A stretch of 64,000 nt of DNA from Dictyostelium discoideum (Eukaryota): the NCBI GenBank assembly GCA_000004695.1, contig CM000150.2:4096001-4160000 (forward strand), written 5' to 3'. Both the position numbers and the translations under genes were made by a program. How positions within the stretch are numbered: position 1 is the stretch's first letter; each line of letters opens with the position of its first letter. Below, piece by piece: positions 56,209-64,000 of the stretch. The notes below the pieces were generated by a model. The model saw only the letters and a program-made list of their open reading frames with translations. It did no database searches and was not told the origin of the DNA.

Positions 56209-56837
56209 AAATTTCAATTTAGTTTTGGAATAATAAAAAAATAAAAAAAAAATGAAAAAAAAAAATAAAAATAAAATAAAAATAAAAATAAAAAAAATAT
56301 AAAAATAAAAATAACACCATAATTATTTTTTTATATATCATTTTGTGTAATTTCGAGAGCTCTATTTTTATATTAAAAAAAATATATAAACATTCTTTTT
56401 TTTTTCATTATGCAAAAACAACAAAGTGTTATTATTACAAAAAATTTATAAAATTTTTTTTTTATTAAATTTTATATTTATTTTTATTTTTTTTTTCATA
56501 ATTATCAAATGTAGATATTTTTTTTTTAAAGTTAATAGTAATAATGGATAATGAAAAAAATGGAAATATCTTTTTCACAAACATTATCTCACATTTTCAA
56601 AAGAAAATTACCAAATCTTTTCAAAAAAAAAAAAAAAAAAAAAAAAATTAATGACATCGCATGATTTTTTTATTTATTGAAAAAAAAGAAGATATTTTCA
56701 TCGGGAATAATCAAAAACTTTTTTTTAAAAAAAAAATTTATTTTTAGTTTTATTTTTTTTTTTCTACACACCATTTTTTTTTTTTTTTAATAATTTTTTT
56801 TTTTTTTTTTTTATTTAATAATTTTTTTTTATAAACA

Positions 56838-59800
56838 ATGAAATTAAAAAGTATTGGATTTGGTCAATTAAATTTATTTGATGATCATCTCTGTAATGGT
56901 AACAATGTGACAACAACAGAAATTAATAAATGTGATAACTCTGAACATTCTGGTCAATCATCACTCAAAGTAGTTGAAAATTTTTTTAATCACCATGATT
57001 TTTCAGCATTTCTTTCTTTCAATTCATTTCATCATCATCACCATCATGGAATGAAGTCAGACAATACATTTTGTACAAATTTAAGTAAATTGAAATCAGA
57101 ATTTATATCAAGTATTTTACCACCAAATGAAATTAATAAATCATCAAGTAATATATCAACAGCACCAGCAACAAATACAATTGTTGAAGCCACTGAAATT
57201 AAATTGAATGATGAAATTATTAAAAAGAATGAATCACTTTCAACTCTTTTAATTTATTTTTTATCAGATATATTAATTCATCAACCTTTTGATTCATTAT
57301 CACAAATAAATAAATCTTTAAAAAAATTCTTTAATATTTCTGATAAATTATTAAAAACTTTATTTAAAAAATCATTATCTTTAACCAAAGTAAGTAAAAT
57401 AATGGTTTTATTAAAAAAAAAAAAAAAAAAAAAAATTAATATGTATATATATTAATAATAATTTTACTTTAGTATTATTTATTAGAAATTAATAAATATA
57501 AAGAATATTATTCAAAATTACAAGATTTTGAAAGTGAAGAATTTAGAGGTGATAAGATTTTAATGGAAAAGATTAGAGTTTTTAATTTAAAAAGAATTGA
57601 AGAAATTGAAAAAAAGAATCAAAATATTAAATATTTAAACTTTTTAAACACAGTGATGGTAAAAGTTTATAGTGCAAAAGGATTAGAGATTAAAGATTTA
57701 ATTTCATCAGATCCTTATGTAAATTTATTTTTTACAGATTCACAAGATGAAAAACCACATCATAGGGAATCATTAAATACAATTTATTTAAATGATGAAA
57801 AACAAAAACATCATCATCATAGTAGTTTTAAAACCACAGTTAAAAAGGGTACATTAACACCAGTATGGAATGAACAATTTATAATGTCAACTGATAAACC
57901 AGATCAAAATATTTTAATTGCTTCCATTTATGATTTCGATCAAGTTAGTAAATCAGATTTTATGGGATTCTTACCAATTCATTTAGAACATGAACATGAG
58001 CATGAACATGATGAAAATAAATCAATTCATAATCATCATCATGATAATGATGATGAACATGGTAATGGTAATGAACATGGTCATCATGAATATATGAATC
58101 ATATTAATCCAATCGTTGAAAATATTCAAGAATATGAATTACTATCAAAACCAAAAGGACATTTAACAAAGTTTAAATCTTTATTAGGAATTACAAGTAG
58201 TCCAGATATAAAGAATGATAATGAAATTAGAAAGTATGGTTCAATTAAATTGGGTTTAATTCATTTAAAGAGAGAGATTTTAAAAGTTGAAGAAATTAAT
58301 GTAAACAATCAAAATTTACCTTCAAAACAAATTGATATCCAAATGAATCAAAATCATGAAAATTCAATTAAATCATTAATTGAATTTTCAATTAATAGTC
58401 AAGATGAAATTAATTTACCAAAAGAAATTGAAAAACTATTAGAATCATTTTCATCAAGAGTATTATTATCACCATTAATTATTCCATTGGTAAAGATTGA
58501 AAAATTGATTGAAAATTTTCAAATTTCAACATCAGCTATGGATGAAATTAATAGATTATTATTGGAATCAATTGAATTGGTAACAGTTAAAAAGATTCCA
58601 TTATCAAAACCAATTGAAGAAAGATTTTTAATAATGTTAAAATCTATAAAGAAATTATATAAAGGTATTTTAAAAAGATATCCATTATCTTTCCCAATTA
58701 CAATTAATCAAGAAACAAAATTAGCTGAAAATATTGGATCAAGTGGTACATTATTAACATTGGCAATTGAAACATTGGAGATAATTTATAATTATCAATC
58801 AAAACAATGTAAACTAAAGAAAATTGTAGAGAATTACATTGAATTTTGTTGGAGTTGTATAAAAGAAAAATCACTAATTTCAATTGAAGGTTCAAAAGAT
58901 TTTGAAAATATAGTTGGTTTATTAGATATCTATGATGCAATTGAATTACAATTATTATTGGATATTGAAATGTATTCACAATTTTTCCCAGCCCATTTCG
59001 ATTTGGCTACAATCTCTTCAAAAAGTTATTACAAACTATTGAAAGAAGAAACTGAAAGATTATTAGCAAAAGAGGATAAAGTTTGTATGGAAACATTTAA
59101 TCTTTTGAAAAAGATTCAAAAAATTGAAAAAACAATTATTAAACCATATGAAAAAGAAATTGAATCAATGATGAATTTAAATCAATTATTTAAAAGATTT
59201 ATTAAAATGTGGATTAAAGAAATTAAGAAGCAATTTAATCTTTGGATTGGTCGTAGTCTTGAAAAAGAAGAATGGAAATCAATTGATAGTAAGAATAATC
59301 AATTACATTCAAATTCATTGGTTGATTTATTTACAATCTTTGAAATTGGTAAAAATCATTTACTTGGTTTAGATTTAGAAATTGATCAATTCCTTTTTGA
59401 ATTGATTGATATTGTTAATCAATTATATAATCAATATTTAGATATAGTTTTAAATTCAATTTTATCAGATTTAAAAAGAGATAATTCAACAATACCATTA
59501 TTTATTGATGAAGTTAATGATAATTATATTTCAAGTTTATCAAAATTCATTTCAAAAATTAAATTATCAAACCTTGATCAACAATCTTCAACAACTACTA
59601 CCACTACAACAAATGGAAATACTATTTCAAATATTCAAATTACAAATTCAATAATTTGTATTAAATTAAATTGTTTAGAATTTTCAAGACAATTATTATT
59701 TGATTTTTCAAGTGATTTAGAATTAAAATTACCAAATTTAAAAGAAAAAATTCAAGATTCATTTGGTATTTCATTTTTAAATTCAAAAAAGAAATATGAT

Positions 59801-61306
59801 TATATAATTGATTTAGTAATTAATAATATTAGTAAATGGATTAAAGTTTTATTAGTTCAAATTTTAGATAATTCAAAGAATAATCATGATGATCAGATTT
59901 GTAAACTATCAAAAGATCAAATACCAAATCTAATAAATGAAAATAAAGTAAATGAATTATTAGATTCATTAACTATACTATTAAATAATGAATTGACAAT
60001 TCTTAGTGGTAATCTTTATTATCCAACTTTTAGTAGATTCATTAGAGGTGTTTGGCAATCAATTTGGAAAGAGTTTGATAGAATCTTATTCCCAGAATTT
60101 AAATTACAATCAGAGAAATTAGAAACTACTTTCTATAAATCTTTAGTTATATTATCAATTTATCCAACATTGGAAGAGTTTTTCAATGCAGATGGTAGTG
60201 GTATTTCAATTGAACAATTAAGAAATCATTCAGAGTATTTACTTTCAACTATTTCAGTTTATCTTTCAAATCCTTCAAATTTATTACAAGTTTATAATAG
60301 TATTAGCTCTTTTATTGGAGAGTCTAAACCATCATCATCGTCATCACCAATAGATTATTCTTTTATAAATTCAAAATTATTTTCAATTAATCAATTTGAA
60401 CAATTTAAATCATTTAACTTTAATAAAAATAATTATGTTAAAGAGTTACATGTTTTATGTTCAATTTCATCCTATTGTAATAGTGGTAGTTCAATTGTTA
60501 CCAATGGTTTAATTACACCAGAATTAGATTCTTCTTTTAAAAAGATAATTTCAACACTTGGCTCCTTTAAGAATCGTTTCGTTTTAGATAAATTTTCTTT
60601 GGATTCATCAGTATCAATTTATCAAAATGATTTCAAATGTAAAACTTTAAATGGTATTCCTTCAAATGCTTATATTTTAAATGATTGTTTATGTTGGTCA
60701 AGTTGGTTATGTTATAATGAAACTAAAGTTATCCTAAAATATTCATCATTTAAATCAATTACAAGACAACAACATGAGTCTAATGATGTTTTATTTATAA
60801 TTACAATGGATGATGATAAAACTTATGAAATTTGCTCTATAACTTCTCAAGATTCAATCTTTAAATCTTTAATTTTAAATTCTAAAAAATTAAATCAATC
60901 AGTATGTATTAATTTTTTTTTTTTTTTTTTTTATTATTAATTTACTTTTTCTAATTTTTTTTTTTTTTTTTTTTCCTTTTTTTTTTTTTTTTTTTTATTA
61001 TCAATTTACTTTTAGATTGAAATAATTGATCATATTAAATCAAAGGTTGAACTACATACAAGTGATAATAGTAATTTCATTGTAAAAGAAAGTACATCAA
61101 CTGTTGTTAATAAAGAGGGTAAAATCATTGACATTAAACCAGAACATGAATCTCATATCTCATATGATGATAGTATTGAGTATCATACATTATTCCATTT
61201 AGATAAAGACAATATAATCTATCAAGTTTATCCTTGTTTCACTGGTAAATTAATTACAACCAGAGATTACTTTTGCCACCATAATAATTTAACAAAAGCA
61301 AATGTA

Positions 61307-61376
<70 letters not shown>

Positions 61377-61625
61377 CTCAACACTAACTTTTTAATAAAA
61401 AAATAGAAACATTACCTTTGGTCTGAAATTGTTCAAGTTAAAAAAGAAAAAGTATTATTCTTTGATACTGGTTTGAAAGTTACTTTTAAAAATGGTGTAA
61501 ATGAATCATACTCTGGTATAAATGATAGAGACTTACTCTACAATGAATTGGTTGAATTAAAAGATTTAAATAAATCAAACTCCTCTCCATTACCAGCCAC
61601 AAAAAAGTTTGTAGAAGCCGATTAA
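56838..61625 (+). CDS. Large C2-domain protein with a long helical central region. 4 exons (56838..57389, 57473..60901, 61016..61303, 61407..61625). Possibly a Munc13/BAIAP3-like vesicle-priming protein (speculative).
   Basis: Exon 2 encodes MVKVYSAKGLEIKDLISSDPYVNLFF...GTLTPVWNEQFIM...ILIASIYDFD (a C2 fold) plus His-rich inserts and about 900 aa of K/E/L-rich helical sequence. Donors GTAAGT, GTATGT and GTAAGT and AG acceptors keep frame. The C-terminal exons are well conserved-looking and not low-complexity. Confidence 0.65.
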
Positions 61626-61843
61626 AAATTTAAATAAAATTTATCTCCACTCTCAAATAATATATTTGTATTTTCTTTTTTTTTTTTTTGGCATCCTTCA
61701 AAAATTCAAAAATAGATAAAGACATCTTCCTTTTTTTTTTTTTTACCTGTGATCAGACCTTCAAGGAATGTCCTTGTGTCTTTTCGGCGGTGTTTGTTAA
61801 ACAGTTTTATTTTTATTATTCAATTGTATTAAATTTTTTAAAC

Positions 61844-61852
<9 letters not shown>

Positions 61853-61914
<62 letters not shown>

Positions 61915-62830
61915 ACTACTTAAATTGGAAGAGGGTTCGGAGCTGCTGGGGTTTGCCAGGCTTTGTTGAATTTGTATTTGTGAAGATCTTGATAGGTGTT
62001 TTTTAGTATTGCTTCGTCGTGTTTGATTTTCTTTAGTGTGATGAATTTTTCAGTTTCGATGAGATTTAGTAATTCTGTTTCTATGACCTTTTGCTCGAAT
62101 TTTGGCTCTGGTTTGCTTTCATCAGTGTTGAACAATTTGTGACAGATTATCTTCCATAATTGGTGTGCTATTATTCCTATGAGGTTGGGGAAGATTCTCT
62201 CAGTTCTGTTGTATTTTGATATGTCTAAGGTATCCATTGACCATCTGTGGATTTTGATGAATGATAATTTGTTAACTGTTGATATGATGGTTTTTTCAAT
62301 ATCTAGGATATCTTGGCATAGAGTGAAGAGGTGAGAATAAGGGTCTCTGAATAGGTGGCCACAGATCTTGCATCTGGTATCTCTTTCGTGGTTGATACCT
62401 GGAAGTGATCTTGAGAAGAATCTGAAGAGGGTGTTTCTACCTTTTTGGTGAGAAATGCTGTTGATGTTTATGAATACTTTGGGTATTGCTGTGTTGTATC
62501 TCACCGCCCATAACTTCTGCCATTCTGTTCTTCTTGGTGTTGGGTGTCTGTCTTTGATCATGAGTTCGTAGATTTCTTTCAGTTTTAGTGGTTCGTCATT
62601 GTCGTTTCTTATACAGTCTGGAAGTTCATTTATCTTTGGATGGTTTTGGTAAAATTTGACTCTGAATACACCCCAGTGTCTGCACATATCGTTGAGGGTT
62701 GAAGTGTGGGCTTTTTTCTACTTAATTGCTCCATGTACCATTCTTGTAAAGTATTGTTGTTGTTGTTGTTGTTGTTATGGAGTAGCCTATAAAGACATCT
62801 TCCCATTTTTTTCAAATGTTTTCAAGGAAT
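61853..62830 (-). mobile_element. 5'-truncated, frameshifted non-LTR retrotransposon 3' fragment (TRE3-like; the ORF2 C-terminus with a Cys/His knuckle, a 3' UTR and a poly(A) tail), about 35 bp downstream of tRNA-Lys.
   Basis: The minus-strand ORF 61920..62687 ...RCKICGHLFRDPYSHLFTLCQD...IIAHQLWKIICHKLF... is laid out like, but diverged from, the TRE5-A ORF2 C-terminus. A frameshift lies near 62690. On the plus strand there is a T-run at 61853-61910 next to TACTACTAC. The fragment sits on the downstream side of a tRNA gene, which is the TRE3 side. Confidence 0.6.
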
Positions 62831-62836
62831 CGAACC
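62826..62836 (-). promoter_or_regulatory. Extra B-box (GGTTCGATTCC on the minus strand) 34 bp downstream of tRNA-Lys.
   Basis: Plus-strand ggaatcgaacc at 62826-62836 is the reverse complement of GGTTCGATTCC. The spacing is the same as the exB box after tRNA-Ile. Confidence 0.7.
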
Positions 62837-62869
62837 TGTGATTTAATTGTGGAAAAATTAAAAAAATTT

Positions 62870-62942
62870 CGCCCAAAGGGGGGCTCGAACCCCCGACCAC
62901 AAGGTTAAAAGCCTTGCGCTCTACCGACTGAGCTATCTGGGC
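62870..62942 (-). tRNA. tRNA-Lys, anticodon TTT.
   Basis: Minus-strand sequence GCCCAGA TA GCTC AGTCGGTA GAGC G CAAGG CTTTTAA CCTTG TGGTC GGGGG TTCGAGC CCCCC TTTGGGC G. This is a full 73-nt cloverleaf with the anticodon loop CTTTTAA. Confidence 0.9.
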
Positions 62943-62980
62943 ATTTGTATATTTTTTTTTGAAACTATAGCAGTACTTGA

Positions 62981-63657
62981 TCGTTATACAAAAAAACAAA
63001 CAACAACAACAATCTCTTTTTTTGATTATTTCATTTTTCATATAAAAAAGACTTAAAAAACAAATAAATAAATAAATAAACTATTTTAAAAAGCCATCTT
63101 TTTACTTTATTGTAATTTATTATTTGTTTCGTTTTGAGAATTTTGCGTAGCAAAATTTTCAAAAAAAAAGCAAAAAATAATCAGATCGAAAAAAACAAAC
63201 AACAACAACAATCTCTTTTTTTGATTATTTCATTTTTCATATAAAAAAGACTTAAAAAACAAATAAATAAATAAATAAACTATTTTAAAAAGCCATCTTT
63301 TTACTTTATTGTAATTTATTATTTGTTTCGTTTTGAGAATTTTGCGTAGCAAAATTTTCAAAAAAAAAGCAAAAAATAATCAGATCGAAAAAAACAAACA
63401 ACAACAACAATCTCTTTTTTTGATTATTTCATTTTTCATATAAAAAAGACTTAAAAAACAAATAAATAAATAAATAAACTATTTTAAAAAGCCATCTTTT
63501 TACTTTATTGTAATTTATTATTTGTTTCGTTTTGAGAATTTTGCGTAGCAAAATTTTCAAAAAAAAAGCAAAAAATAATCAGATCGAAAAAAACAAACAA
63601 CAACAACAATCTCTTTTTTTGATTATTTCATTTTTCATATAAAAAAGACTTAAAAAA

Positions 63658-63694
<37 letters not shown>

Positions 63695-64000
63695 GGAACC
63701 CAAGTTAATCAGAAAATTTCCAGATTTTTAACTTTTTAAAGAAAAATATAAAAGATAGAAAGAAAATAAAATGAAAATCACAAACAACACCACAAATATT
63801 AAGCAACACAAATGCCTACAAAAAATAAGCGAAATTGTGGATAAAACTCAATTAAAAAAAAAACAATTCAAATACGTCATAAACATCAATCACGAACCAG
63901 ACGATAAAATAAAAAAAGATTTAGAAAAAAGTTTGGACAAAAAAGATGTTTTAATCAAAAGTAATAATACATTCAAAATTCTCACAGATAGTATTAGTAC
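62981..64000 (+). mobile_element. Second TRE5-A copy, 5' part only (the window ends inside it). It has 3 full and 1 partial A-module (62981-63658), an A32 tract, a B-module and the ORF1 start at 63771. It lies head-to-head about 40 bp upstream of tRNA-Lys.
   Basis: This is the reverse complement of the 199-bp unit seen at 28108-29175, with the period again 199. It is followed by cctgggaacccaagttaatcagaaaatttccag... and then ATG AAA ATC ACA AAC..., which is identical to the ORF1 start of copy 1. Confidence 0.85.

Noticed and set aside
62787-63041. Minus-strand 84-aa ORF overlapping tRNA-Lys and the A-module.
   Set aside because: AQIAQSVERKAFNLVVGGSSPP is the standard antisense translation of a tRNA, not a protein.

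Overview
This window is AT-rich (about 75-80% A+T) eukaryotic nuclear DNA with the hallmarks of Dictyostelium discoideum. It has long intergenic homopolymer A/T tracts, coding (AAT)n/(CAA)n microsatellites that give poly-N and poly-Q runs, and short AT-rich GT..AG introns. It also has tRNA genes with a downstream extra B-box, and tRNA-targeted TRE non-LTR retrotransposons. I find about 17 protein-coding genes. These are a PHYHD1-like dioxygenase, a multi-exon EGF/transmembrane beta-repeat surface protein, and a FNIP-repeat protein. There is a small four-TM protein whose exons the ORF track misses. Two large divergent paralogues on the minus strand flank a conserved PC4/Sub1 gene. There is an MFSD6-like transporter, an intron-containing pepsin-type aspartic protease with a long Asn-rich tail, and a response-regulator receiver protein. 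I also find a C2-arrestin-SAM (AdcB/AdcC-like) gene, a secreted protein, two tandemly duplicated secreted-protein genes sharing a conserved upstream non-coding module, and a large C2-domain protein. There are two tRNA genes: Ile-AAT on the plus strand and Lys-TTT on the minus strand. Each has a TRE5-A retrotransposon head-to-head about 40-50 bp upstream: one full-length copy with a five-fold A-module array, and a second copy cut by the window end. A 5'-truncated TRE3-like fragment lies just downstream of tRNA-Lys. I see no prokaryote-style defence system or CRISPR array; the 199-bp tandem arrays are TRE5-A A-modules. The most novel-looking items are the fast-diverging giant paralogue pair, the duplicated secreted genes with a gene-conversion-like divergence gradient plus their conserved upstream module, the terminal duplication in TRE5-A, and an apparent frameshift in the dioxygenase gene.
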